Positions 40,624 through 50,159 of a stretch of DNA of 64,000 nucleotides are shown here, in pieces (position 1 is the first letter of the stretch; each line of letters starts with the position of its first letter). The translations under genes and the position numbers were made by a program. Location of the stretch: positions 151,514 through 215,513 of the forward strand of contig CAADYO010000009.1 of NCBI GenBank assembly GCA_900753325.1, given 5' to 3'. The stretch comes from Bacilli bacterium (GTDB lineage Bacteria; Bacillota_I; Bacilli_A; RF39; UBA660). Below the pieces are notes generated by a model. It saw only the letters and a program-made list of their open reading frames with translations. It had not been told where the DNA came from and did no database searches.

Positions 40624-40968
40624 ATATAGACAAACGCTGGGACTTTTGAGGTCCTTGAGGAAAGTCCATGCTCGCACAATCTGAGATGATTGTAGTGTTC
40701 GTTCCTAGGAAATAAATAACCTAGGGTAGCTTTTGCTAACGGCGGATTTTGTATCTAAGTCTTTGATATGATACAAACCATAAAGTGCCACAGTGACGAA
40801 TTCTTTGGAAACAAAGAAGTGAAACGCGGTAAACCCAACGAGCGAGAAACCCAAATTTTGGTAGGGGAGTCCTAAGAGAAGAATTTGAATTCGAATAGGG
40901 ACCGGTAACGGTAGATAAATGTTTGTCGCTTAGGAAACTAAGAACAGAACATGGCTTATTTATATTTT
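40624..40968 (+). ncRNA. rnpB: RNase P RNA, Bacillus-type (type B)
   Basis: GAGGAAAGTCCATGCTCGCAC (P4 5' strand), AGTGCCACAGTGACGAA, ACGCGGTAAACCC..GAGCGAGAAACCCAAATTTTGGTAGGGGA and ACAGAACATGGCTTA (P4 3' strand) are all collinear with B. subtilis rnpB. Ends are approximate (AT-rich P1). The gpsB-rnpB adjacency also matches B. subtilis. Confidence 0.85.
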
Positions 40969-40992
40969 TTGTTTATTATGTGAGGTGTTAAT

Positions 40993-41484
40993 GTGAAAGA
41001 GTTAGGCGATTATTTAAGGCGGACTCGTGTTAGTAATGGAGTTAGTCTGGCAGAAGCAGCTGAAGATTTAGAGCTTTCAACAACACAACTCGAAAATATA
41101 GAATCTGGTAATGTTAAAGCATTTAAAGATGTTTATGAATTAAAAGAAAATATAAGGCAATATGCAAAGTATTTAGGTTTGAATCCAGAAAAAGTTATTG
41201 ATGAATTTAATGGCTTTTTATTTGAACATACTTCTAAAATTTCTCTTGAGGATATCAAGATGGCCCAACAGAAAATGGAAGAGGAAAATAAAAAGGTTAG
41301 TTCACCATATACGAAAGAATATAAGAAAAAGGTCAGTGTTTGGCCATTTGTTTTAGCAATTTTTTTACTTATAATATTATTTGTTGTTTTATATGTTGTA
41401 ATTGGTAAGATTAATAAGGCTCCTGAAAGAACTAGTGAGCTATTACCAAGTGTTAGAGAGGAGTGTATTTATGAATTTGCCTAA
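40993..41484 (+). CDS. rodZ: Short RodZ-like cytoskeleton protein (HTH_XRE + single TM)
   Basis: GTG start with a GAGGTG RBS. N-terminal helix-turn-helix (LRRTRVSNGVSLAEAAEDLELS) and a C-terminal TM. Its position immediately upstream of pgsA is where rodZ(ymfM) sits in Bacillus. Confidence 0.55.
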   Translation: MKELGDYLRRTRVSNGVSLAEAAEDLELSTTQLENIESGNVKAFKDVYELKENIRQYAKYLGLNPEKVIDEFNGFLFEHTSKISLEDIKMAQQKMEEENKKVSSPYTKEYKKKVSVWPFVLAIFLLIILFVVLYVVIGKINKAPERTSELLPSVREECIYEFA

Positions 41485-42082
41485 TAAACTTACTGTTTTG
41501 AGATTAATTTTGTCTGTTGTTGTTATTATTTTATTGTTATTTCCTTTTTATGCTGTTGGTATACAGTTTCCACAGTATAATATATCTGGGATTTCTTCAC
41601 CTGTTGAATTACAATATTTGATTGCTGGTGTTATTTTTATAATTGCTAGTATTACTGATTTCTTGGATGGATATATTGCTCGTAAATATAATTTAATTAC
41701 GGATACTGGTAAAATGTTAGATGCCATTGCTGATAAAGTTTTGGTTAATTCTGTTTTAATAATTTTAGCAGCACATGGTTTTATTAATGCTATTATCCCT
41801 GTTGTAATTGTTGTTAGAGATATAGTTGTTAATGCTATTAAGATGGAAGCGGCTAGTAAAGGTAAAGTGGTTGCTGCAATAGGTGCCGGTAAAATCAAAA
41901 CTGCATGTTTAATGGTAGGTACAGTATTAACTTTCTTCTATAATATGCCATTTGAGTTTATTGGTATAAATGTTAATCAATTTTTGCTATATTTCGCTTG
42001 TGTTATGTCAATTATTTCTGCTTGTCAATATTATAGTATGAATAAAGAAATAATTTTTGCAAAAAAAGAAATTGAAGATTAG
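41471..42082 (+). CDS. pgsA: CDP-diacylglycerol--glycerol-3-phosphate 3-phosphatidyltransferase
   Basis: CDP-alcohol phosphatidyltransferase motif DFLDGYIARKYNLITDTGKMLDAIADK. Start at the internal Met with an AGAGGAG RBS. Confidence 0.9.
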   Translation: MNLPNKLTVLRLILSVVVIILLLFPFYAVGIQFPQYNISGISSPVELQYLIAGVIFIIASITDFLDGYIARKYNLITDTGKMLDAIADKVLVNSVLIILAAHGFINAIIPVVIVVRDIVVNAIKMEAASKGKVVAAIGAGKIKTACLMVGTVLTFFYNMPFEFIGINVNQFLLYFACVMSIISACQYYSMNKEIIFAKKEIED

Positions 42083-42100
42083 TTAGAAATTATGTGTGAA

Positions 42101-42128
42101 AAATCTCTTTTATATAAGGGATTTTTTT
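42101..42128 (+). terminator. Rho-independent terminator after pgsA
   Basis: aaatctctt-ttatat-aagggattt hairpin followed by T7. Confidence 0.55.
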
Positions 42129-42159
42129 ATTTTCAAAATAAATAATTGGTAAAAAAAGT

Positions 42160-42210
42160 AAAACAATTGTTCGTAAAAGTGTTGCATTTTAAATTTTATT
42201 ATTATACAAT
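42160..42210 (+). promoter_or_regulatory. recA promoter (TTGCAT-N17-TACAAT) with a candidate LexA/Cheo box
   Basis: AAAACAATTGTTCG at 42160-42173 resembles CGAAC-N4-GTTCG (one half-site degenerate). -35 at 42182-42187 and -10 at 42205-42210. Confidence 0.45.
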
Positions 42211-42240
42211 AGTGTTGTAAGTTATTTACTAGGAGGAAAT

Positions 42241-43278
42241 ATGAAAACGGTTAATAAAGATGTATCTAAAGATAAAGCTTTAGAACAAGTTATGAATGAT
42301 ATCGAAAAACAATTTGGAAAAGGTTCAATAATGAAACTTGGAGATAAAGAACATATGAAGGTTGATGTTTGTTCATCTGGGTGCTTATCTTTAGATATTG
42401 CATTAGGTGTAGGTGGATACCCTAGAGGTAGAATTATTGAAATATATGGTCCAGAGTCTTCTGGAAAAACTACTTTTGCTTTACAGGCAATTGCAGAACA
42501 TCAAAAACTAGGTGGAAGAGCAGCTTTTATTGATGCTGAGCATGCACTTGATCCAGTTTATGCGGAGAGACTTGGTGTTGATATTGATGAATTATTATTA
42601 TCACAACCTGATACTGGTGAGCAAGCTTTAGAAATTTGTGATGCACTTGTTAAAAGCCAAGCGGTTAGTATTATAGTTATTGACTCTGTTGCTGCTCTTG
42701 TTCCTCAAGCAGAAATTGATGGTGAAATGGGAGACTCACATGTTGGATTACAAGCTAGACTAATGTCTCAGGCTTTACGTAAGCTATCTGGTACTATTAA
42801 TAAAACTAATACTACTTGTATATTTATAAATCAATTACGTGAAAAAGTTGGTGTTATGTTTGGAAATCCAGAAACTACTCCTGGAGGACGTGCTTTGAAG
42901 TTCTATTCTTCTATTCGTCTTGATATTCGTAGAAATGAACAATTAAAAATGGGTGACGGAGTTGTTGGTAATAGAACTACTATAAAAGTTGTTAAAAACA
43001 AAGTTGCTCCACCATTTAAAACGGCTGTTGTTGATATTATGTATGGAGAGGGTGTTTCTCGTGAAGGTGAAATTATTGATTTAGCAGTTGAAGCTTCTAT
43101 TGTTGAAAAAACTGGAGCTTGGTATTCTTATAATGGTGAGAAGTTGGGTCAAGGAAAGGAAAATGTAAAACTATTACTTAAAGAAAATCAAGAATTACGT
43201 AATGAGTTAGAAGAGAAGGTACGTGAGTATTATGACATTTCTTTAAAGAAAAATGATGCCCCTAAGAGTAAAAAATAA
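42241..43278 (+). CDS. recA: Recombinase RecA
   Basis: [23 protein letters not shown]...GPESSGKTT (Walker A)...; 345 aa. Confidence 0.97.
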   Translation: MKTVNKDVSKDKALEQVMNDIEKQFGKGSIMKLGDKEHMKVDVCSSGCLSLDIALGVGGYPRGRIIEIYGPESSGKTTFALQAIAEHQKLGGRAAFIDAEHALDPVYAERLGVDIDELLLSQPDTGEQALEICDALVKSQAVSIIVIDSVAALVPQAEIDGEMGDSHVGLQARLMSQALRKLSGTINKTNTTCIFINQLREKVGVMFGNPETTPGGRALKFYSSIRLDIRRNEQLKMGDGVVGNRTTIKVVKNKVAPPFKTAVVDIMYGEGVSREGEIIDLAVEASIVEKTGAWYSYNGEKLGQGKENVKLLLKENQELRNELEEKVREYYDISLKKNDAPKSKK

Positions 43279-43364
43279 ATTAGTATAAATATACTTTAAT
43301 TGGATGATAAATAATAATTTTTATTTATCTTTCTATTTTGACATATATTATTTTAGGAGGAGTT

Positions 43365-44774
43365 ATGAAAAAACTTAAGCAAATTATAGATTGTAGTTAT
43401 GATACTTTAATTTCTGGTATTACTGATGATTCCAGGGATGTTTATGACGGATATTTGTTTGTTGCTACTAAAGGTTTTAATGTTGATCACTTTGATTATA
43501 TTGACAAGGCTATTGAGAATGGTGCTGTTGCAATTATAAGCGATAGAAATGTAGAAGTTGATGTACCAGTTGTTTTAGTAAACAATATTAATGACATATA
43601 TCCTGAGTTATGTAGGAGGTTTTATGATGTTGCTCCTAACGATTTTTCACTAATTGGTATTACTGGTACTGATGGTAAGACAACAACAGCTACTATTGTA
43701 CAAAAGATTATTACAGATGATATTAATTGCGCTTATATTGGTACTAATGGCTGTTTGGTTAATGGTAAAGTTCATCATACGAATAATACCACACCATGTA
43801 CATCAGAATTGTATAATTGCTTGTCAATTGCTAAAAATGGTGGATGTAAAGCTACTGTAATGGAAGTGTCAAGTGAGGCACTTTTACATGAGCGGGTTAG
43901 AGGACTTGAGTTTGACATTGTTGCAATTACCAATATTACTGAAGATCATTTAAATGTTCATAAAACTATTGAAAATTATAGAAAATGTAAATTTAAAATA
44001 GTTAATTATTTAAAAAAAGATGGTGCTTTGGTTATAAATGGTGATGATTCTAATTGTCGTCTTTTACAAATAGATAATATGTACACTTTTGGTTTTAATA
44101 GTGACAATGATTATGTAATATCTGATTTTTCTGAGAGTAAAGCTGGTATTAATTTCAAAATTTGTCATGACAATGATATATATGAAGTAATTAGTCCATT
44201 ATTTGGTAAATATAATGCTTATAATATCACTTTATCTTTTGTCATTGGTCTGTTAAAGAAAATTCCTAGTGATACTTTAATTCAGCGAATTAAAGAAGTA
44301 TCATCTATTACTGGTAGAGGAGAAAGACTTGAATTTGGTCAAGACTATGATATTATTTTAGATTATGCTCATACTTATAATGCTATTGATAATTTATTAG
44401 AGTCTGTTAAGGGTAAGTACAAGAGAATCATTACAGTTACTGGTGCAGCCGGTGGTCGTGAAAGAGAAAAACGCTCTAAGATTGGAAAACTTGTATTAGA
44501 AAAGTCTGATTATGTTATTTTTACGATGGATGATCCTAGACTTGAAGATGTTAATGATATTATTGATGATATGATTTCCAATTGTAATAATAAAAACTAT
44601 GAACGACAACTTGATAGGGTTGCTGCAATTTCAAAAGCTTTTGAAATTGCTAAGCCTGGTGATGCAGTATTAATAATTGGTAAAGGCCGTGATGATTATA
44701 TGGCTTTAGGTACGGAGAAGATTCCATATTGTGATTATGATGTTATTGTTAACTATTTTAAGAAAAATAAGTAA
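43365..44774 (+). CDS. murE: Mur ligase, probably UDP-MurNAc-L-Ala-D-Glu:L-Lys/DAP ligase (MurE)
   Basis: GITGTDGKTTT P-loop and the Mur ligase middle and C-terminal domains. RBS AGGAGGAG before the ATG at 43365. MurE versus another Mur ligase cannot be settled by eye. Confidence 0.65.
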   Translation: MKKLKQIIDCSYDTLISGITDDSRDVYDGYLFVATKGFNVDHFDYIDKAIENGAVAIISDRNVEVDVPVVLVNNINDIYPELCRRFYDVAPNDFSLIGITGTDGKTTTATIVQKIITDDINCAYIGTNGCLVNGKVHHTNNTTPCTSELYNCLSIAKNGGCKATVMEVSSEALLHERVRGLEFDIVAITNITEDHLNVHKTIENYRKCKFKIVNYLKKDGALVINGDDSNCRLLQIDNMYTFGFNSDNDYVISDFSESKAGINFKICHDNDIYEVISPLFGKYNAYNITLSFVIGLLKKIPSDTLIQRIKEVSSITGRGERLEFGQDYDIILDYAHTYNAIDNLLESVKGKYKRIITVTGAAGGREREKRSKIGKLVLEKSDYVIFTMDDPRLEDVNDIIDDMISNCNNKNYERQLDRVAAISKAFEIAKPGDAVLIIGKGRDDYMALGTEKIPYCDYDVIVNYFKKNK

Positions 44775-44790
44775 TTTTGTAATTTTATTT

Positions 44791-44816
44791 AGCACATCTT
44801 TGATGTGCTTTTTTGC
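44791..44816 (+). terminator. Rho-independent terminator
   Basis: agcacatc-ttt-gatgtgct hairpin followed by T6. Confidence 0.65.
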
Positions 44817-44908
44817 TTATAAGGAATTTTTCTTTTTCTTGACAAGCATTTAAAATAACTCTACAATAGAATTAGATTATGATTTTATGGTCTAGATGGA
44901 GGAATGTT

Positions 44909-46465
44909 ATGAATAATAATACATTATTCTCCATTTTACTTGTAGCACTTGGTGTGCTAATAGGATTTATTGTAGCGTTTGTTATAAATAGTTTAAAAGT
45001 TAATAAGGCAGCTAAGAAAGCTGAAACTCTTATTAATCAAGCAAAAAAAGATGTTGAAAAGATTAAAAGAGATGCAGCTATTGAACAAAAAGAAGAAGCT
45101 CATAAATTAAAAATGGATTTGGACAAAGAAATTCGTGAGAAAAAAGAGGAATTAAAAGAATCTGAGGCACGTTTGCTTCAGCGTGAAGCAAGCATTGATA
45201 AACGTGATGAAATGTTTCAAAGGCGTGAGGCAGCTTTAGATGAACGTGATGATAAACTTTCTGAAAAACAAGTTGAAATCCAAAATGAGAAAAGTAAAGT
45301 GGAGGAAATTAAAAGAGAACAATTAGAATTGTTGGAAAAAATTTCCGGTTTTAGTAAAGAAAAAGCCAGAGAATTGGTAATGAGTCAAGTTAAAGACAAT
45401 ATGAGTAAAGAAATTGCTGAATATATTAGAGAATCTGAAAACGAAGCTAAACTTACGGCAGATAAAACGGCGAGGGAGTTAATTGTAACTTCTATGCAAA
45501 AGTATGCAGCTGATATAGCAAATGATCAGACTGTTACGGTAGTTGATTTGCCAACTGATGAAATGAAAGGTCGTATTATTGGTCGTGAAGGTCGTAATAT
45601 ACGTACAATAGAAGCAATTACAGGAGTTGATTTAATAATTGATGATACTCCAGAGGCTGTTGTTATTTCAAGTTTTGATCCTTTAAGACGTGAAATAGCT
45701 AGAGTCACTTTGGAAAATTTAATAAAAGATGGCCGTATTCATCCTACTCGTATCGAAGAGTTATATGATAAAGTTTGTAAGGATATGAAACAAAAAATCA
45801 TTGAGTATGGTCAAGAGGCAACTTTTGAATTAGGGCTTACAAAGTTTGATCCAGCTTTAATTGAGATAATTGGTAAGTTGCATTTTAGAACAAGTTATGG
45901 TCAAAATGCGTTGCAGCACTCTATTGAAGTTGCACATTTATCTGGATTGTTGGCTGCAGAACTTGGAGAAAATGTTACTCTTGCTAAAAGAGCTGGTTTA
46001 TTACATGATATTGGAAAAGCAATTGATCATGAAATTGAAGGTAGTCATGTTGAAATTGGTGTTGATTTAGCTAAAAAATATAAAGAAGATGAGGTTGTAA
46101 TTAATGCCATTGCTTCTCATCATGGTGATGCACAAGCAACAAGTGTAATTTCTACTATAGTAGCAATAGCCGATGCTTTGTCTGCATCTCGTCCTGGTGC
46201 GCGTAATGACTCTTTAGAAAATTATATAAAGAGGTTGTCACAACTTGAGGAAGTTGGTAACAATATTCCTGGTGTAGAAAAAACATTTGCTGTTCAAGCT
46301 GGTAGAGAATTACGTGTTATAGTTAAGCCAGAAGAAGTTGATGATTTAGGTGCTCATAAAATAGCTCGTGAAGTTAAAGAACAAATCGAAGCCAATATGA
46401 AGTATCCTGGAACAATTAAGATTACAGTTGTTCGTGAGACAAGAGCACAAGAAGAAGCAAAATAA
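44909..46465 (+). CDS. rny: Ribonuclease Y
   Basis: N-terminal TM, coiled coil, KH domain ([15 protein letters not shown]) and HD domain ([17 protein letters not shown]...HHG). Confidence 0.9.
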   Translation: MNNNTLFSILLVALGVLIGFIVAFVINSLKVNKAAKKAETLINQAKKDVEKIKRDAAIEQKEEAHKLKMDLDKEIREKKEELKESEARLLQREASIDKRDEMFQRREAALDERDDKLSEKQVEIQNEKSKVEEIKREQLELLEKISGFSKEKARELVMSQVKDNMSKEIAEYIRESENEAKLTADKTARELIVTSMQKYAADIANDQTVTVVDLPTDEMKGRIIGREGRNIRTIEAITGVDLIIDDTPEAVVISSFDPLRREIARVTLENLIKDGRIHPTRIEELYDKVCKDMKQKIIEYGQEATFELGLTKFDPALIEIIGKLHFRTSYGQNALQHSIEVAHLSGLLAAELGENVTLAKRAGLLHDIGKAIDHEIEGSHVEIGVDLAKKYKEDEVVINAIASHHGDAQATSVISTIVAIADALSASRPGARNDSLENYIKRLSQLEEVGNNIPGVEKTFAVQAGRELRVIVKPEEVDDLGAHKIAREVKEQIEANMKYPGTIKITVVRETRAQEEAK

Positions 46466-46524
46466 TGCTTCTTTTTTTTTGAATTTTATTTTATTTTGCT
46501 AATAATATAGTAGGAGATGATTAT

Positions 46525-46884
46525 TTGAATTATTACTATAGAAAAAATCGACTTTTTTTGTATTGGCATGTTGGGAAATTTGTTTTTGAATATCAGAAAA
46601 AATATCCAAATACTTACGGCAAGTTGTCTTCTTTCTTACAATATTACTTTGGCATGACTAATCTTTTTAGTTTGAAAAAAATAATTGAAATGGAAAGATT
46701 TTATATATATTTTCCAATTTATAATAATAATTTAGAAAAGCTTGATTGGGATTATTACTTAGAACTTATTAAGATTAAAAATTGTTGCTTGAGAATGATT
46801 TATTATAAAATTGCTATTTTTAGTGAGTGTGATTTTGATACTTTTAAGAGTTTATTGTTGGAAAAAAATTTTTTTCTAAATTAA
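46525..46884 (+). CDS. Hypothetical; resembles only the N-terminal region of DUF1016/YhcG-type PDDEXK nucleases (possible remnant)
   Basis: TTG start with an AGGAGA RBS. LFLYWHVGKFVFEYQ...YG..L...L.....G.T.LFSLKK...FY pattern; no nuclease core follows. Confidence 0.35.
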   Translation: MNYYYRKNRLFLYWHVGKFVFEYQKKYPNTYGKLSSFLQYYFGMTNLFSLKKIIEMERFYIYFPIYNNNLEKLDWDYYLELIKIKNCCLRMIYYKIAIFSECDFDTFKSLLLEKNFFLN

Positions 46885-46912
46885 AAAGATAATCAATAAG
46901 ATTATCTTTTTA
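46884..46912. terminator. Bidirectional terminator
   Basis: aaagataatc-aataa-gattatcttt hairpin followed by a T-run; overlaps the rnj stop. Confidence 0.6.
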
Positions 46913-48578
46913 CGTCTAATATGATTGGTAGAATAATTGGTTTCCTACCAGTTAATTCATTAATAAATGGATATAGTTGTTCTGAAATGCTTGATTTTAA
47001 ACCGTTATATGTTACCTTTTGATCTTGTAATTCACTTTTTATTATTTGTTCTGCTTTATTTTCTATTTTCTTTATTAGTTCTTCATTTTCATTTACTAGT
47101 ATAAAGCCTCTTGTTGTAATATTGGGTTTAATTAGTAATTGCTTTTTTTTCATATCGATATTAGCTATAACAACTAAAATTCCGTCATTAGCCATTATCT
47201 TTCGATCTTTTAAAACTGCACTTCCAACTTCACCAATTCTATTTCCATCTACATATACATCAGCTCCAGGCATGCTTTCACCTCTAGTTATGACATGATT
47301 TTTAAGAATTAGTGAGTCCCCATTTTTTAGAATAAATGTATTTTCTTTTGGAATACCACAGTTTATACCAATATCAGCTTGTCTTTTTAGCATTCGATAG
47401 TCACCGTGGAATGGCATCAAATATTTTGGCTTTATTAAGCGAATCATTAATTTAATTTCTTCTTCATTAGCATGTCCTGAAGTATGTAGGTCTGTTAAAG
47501 TACTGTTTGTATATACCTTAACTCCTTGCAAGTATAACTTATTTATAGTTTTGGCTATACTTAGAGCATTTCCAGGTATAGCTGATGATGAGAAAATTAC
47601 AATATCATCTGGTCTTAGTTTTATTTGTTTATGAGTACCATTTGATATTCTTGATAGAGCAGCTAATGGCTCTCCTTGACTACCTGTACATAATATTGTT
47701 ACTTCTCCAGGTTTTAAGTTATTAGCTTCTTCAGGTGTTACTAATAGTTCTTTATGATCAATATATCCAGCATTTAAGGAAATATTGATATTATTTTCCA
47801 TACTTCTTCCAAAAATGCAGATTTTTCTATTATGTTTATAACATGTTTCAAATATATGTTTTACACGATATATGTTTGAAGCAAATGTTGCGATAATTAT
47901 ACGGTTTGTTTGATATTTTTCAAACATTTCTCCTAATGTTTCATCAACAACAGATTCACTGTTTGAAAATCCTTCATTTAGAGCATTTGTTGAATCTCCA
48001 ATTAATAAGTCAACACCTTCATTTCCAAGACAAGCCATTTTATATAGATTTGCCATTGGTCCAATTGGTGTTAAGTCAAATTTATAGTCTCCAGTAGTAA
48101 CAATTCTACCATCTGGTGTTTTTATACTTATACCATGTGAATCTGGTATAGAATGTGTTATTCTGAAAAATTCAACTTCTATTTCTTTAAATTTAAGTTT
48201 AGTATTTTCGGTATAAACGAATAAGTTATCATAACGAATATTTTTATCTTGTAATTTTACAGCTATTAATTCTTTAGCATGATTTGGGGCATAGATTGCT
48301 GGTATATTAATACTTTGTAGTAAGAACGGTATACCACCAATATGATCCTCATGACCATGGGTAATTAATAAAGCTTTTATCTTGTCTTCATTTTCCTTTA
48401 AAAAAGTGAAATCTGGTAAAACATAGTCAATTCCCATAAGTTCACTTTCTGGAAAACTAACTCCGGCATCAATAATAACAATTGCGTCTTTATGCATTAC
48501 ACAATACATATTTTTTCCGACTTCTCCTAAACCGCCTAGAACAACTATTTTTGTTCCACTGTCTGGTTTTTTATTCAT
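46902..48578 (-). CDS. rnj: Ribonuclease J
   Basis: Metallo-beta-lactamase motif HGHEDHIG, beta-CASP and C-terminal domain; 558 aa; N-terminus IVVLGGLGEVGKNMY. Confidence 0.9.
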   Translation of the reverse strand: MNKKPDSGTKIVVLGGLGEVGKNMYCVMHKDAIVIIDAGVSFPESELMGIDYVLPDFTFLKENEDKIKALLITHGHEDHIGGIPFLLQSINIPAIYAPNHAKELIAVKLQDKNIRYDNLFVYTENTKLKFKEIEVEFFRITHSIPDSHGISIKTPDGRIVTTGDYKFDLTPIGPMANLYKMACLGNEGVDLLIGDSTNALNEGFSNSESVVDETLGEMFEKYQTNRIIIATFASNIYRVKHIFETCYKHNRKICIFGRSMENNINISLNAGYIDHKELLVTPEEANNLKPGEVTILCTGSQGEPLAALSRISNGTHKQIKLRPDDIVIFSSSAIPGNALSIAKTINKLYLQGVKVYTNSTLTDLHTSGHANEEEIKLMIRLIKPKYLMPFHGDYRMLKRQADIGINCGIPKENTFILKNGDSLILKNHVITRGESMPGADVYVDGNRIGEVGSAVLKDRKIMANDGILVVIANIDMKKKQLLIKPNITTRGFILVNENEELIKKIENKAEQIIKSELQDQKVTYNGLKSSISEQLYPFINELTGRKPIILPIILDVKR

Positions 48579-48720
48579 ATAATCTCCTTTCTTTTTTATA
48601 AAGAACTAACTATGTGATTATACTATATATTTCTACTTTTGTCTAGTTTCGCATAGAAATAATGGTGTTAAGTTGTTTTCTTTTTACACTTTATTTGTTA
48701 TAATTTAAGTGGGTGATACA

Positions 48721-49749
48721 ATGGGATTTTTTAGCAAAATTAAAAATATGTTTAAAGGAGCCGATATAGAAAACGAGGTTTCTAGTAATGATGTAAATAC
48801 TGGTTTAGAAAAAAAGGAAAAAGAAGAAGTAAAGATATATGAAAAAGGTCTAACTAAATCACGTGAAGGTTTTGTTTCTAAACTTGCTGAACTTACTGGA
48901 CGATATAAAAAAGTTAACAATGAATACTTTGATGAGTTAGAAGAAATATTAATTATGGCTGATATTGGTGTTAATACAGTTATGGATTTTATAGATCGGC
49001 TAAAGACACGTGTTTCTAGTGAAAAAATTGAAGATCCAGAGACTTTAAAAGAAATTATTGTAGATGAATTATTTATTATTTATGTTAATGATAGTGTGTT
49101 AGTAAGTAAAATTAATTATAATCCGACTGGACCTACTGTAATTTTATTTGTTGGTGTTAATGGAGTTGGAAAAACTACTACAATTGGAAAAATTGCTTGG
49201 AAATTAAAAAACGAGGGACATAAAGTTTTATTAGTTGGAGCTGATACATTTAGAGCTGGAGCTGTTGAACAGCTTAGAGATTGGAGTGAAAAAGTTGGTG
49301 TCTCTTTTTATGGTAAAGAGGAAGGAGCAGATCCGGCCAGTGTAGTTTATGATGGTGTTAGTAAAGCAAAGAATGAAGATTATGATGTTGTTTTAATTGA
49401 TACAGCTGGCAGACTTCAAAATAAAGTTAACTTAATGAAAGAACTTGAGAAAATGAATAAGGTTATTTCTAACTTAGTACCAGATGGCCCTAGCGAAACT
49501 TTGTTAGTAATTGATGCTACTACTGGTCAAAATGGAATTAGTCAGGCTAAAGCATTTAAAGAAATAACTAATATAACAGGAATTGTTTTAACTAAATTAG
49601 ATGGTACGGCTAAAGGTGGTATAGTTTTAGCAATTAAAGAGACCGTTGGAATACCTGTTAAATTTATTGGCCTTGGTGAATCTAAAGATGATTTACAGGT
49701 ATTTGATATAGAAAAATATATTTATGGTTTATTTAAAGATTTGATGTAA
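48721..49749 (+). CDS. ftsY: Signal recognition particle receptor FtsY
   Basis: GVNGVGKTTT, DTAGR and TKLDGTAKGG GTPase motifs. RBS GGGTGA before the ATG at 48721. Confidence 0.9.
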   Translation: MGFFSKIKNMFKGADIENEVSSNDVNTGLEKKEKEEVKIYEKGLTKSREGFVSKLAELTGRYKKVNNEYFDELEEILIMADIGVNTVMDFIDRLKTRVSSEKIEDPETLKEIIVDELFIIYVNDSVLVSKINYNPTGPTVILFVGVNGVGKTTTIGKIAWKLKNEGHKVLLVGADTFRAGAVEQLRDWSEKVGVSFYGKEEGADPASVVYDGVSKAKNEDYDVVLIDTAGRLQNKVNLMKELEKMNKVISNLVPDGPSETLLVIDATTGQNGISQAKAFKEITNITGIVLTKLDGTAKGGIVLAIKETVGIPVKFIGLGESKDDLQVFDIEKYIYGLFKDLM

Positions 49750-49765
49750 TTTTGGGGATTATAGT

Positions 49766-50059
49766 ATGGAAGATGTTATTTATTTTAATGAATTATATGA
49801 TTTTTATGGATCTCTGCTTACTGAAAAACAGAGGGAATATTTTGAAAATTACTACTTTAATAATTTGAGTTTAGGTGAAATGGCTGATTTATATAGTGTT
49901 AGTAGAAATGCTATATATAAGCAATTGAAAATTACTACTGATAAATTGCAATATTATGAAGATAACTTGAAACTAAGAGAAAAATCTTTAAAATTAGCAA
50001 AATTAGCAGAAAAATGTGTTGATAGTAACTTGAAAGAAGAAATACTTAATGTGTTATAG
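49766..50059 (+). CDS. ylxM: UPF0122 protein YlxM (putative HTH protein of the SRP operon)
   Basis: YDFYGSLLTEKQREYFENYYFNNLSLGEMADLYSVSRNAIY matches the YlxM signature. Confidence 0.85.
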   Translation: MEDVIYFNELYDFYGSLLTEKQREYFENYYFNNLSLGEMADLYSVSRNAIYKQLKITTDKLQYYEDNLKLREKSLKLAKLAEKCVDSNLKEEILNVL

Positions 50060-50085
50060 GCAAGATTATTTTCTTGCTTTTTTTC
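50060..50085 (+). terminator. Rho-independent terminator after ylxM
   Basis: gcaaga-ttattt-tcttgc hairpin followed by T7. Confidence 0.5.
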
Positions 50086-50159
50086 TTGTAAATTAAGATA
50101 AAACTATGTATAATTTATATAGAATAGGGTAGAAAAGAATAAGAAATGGAGAGGCTAGT

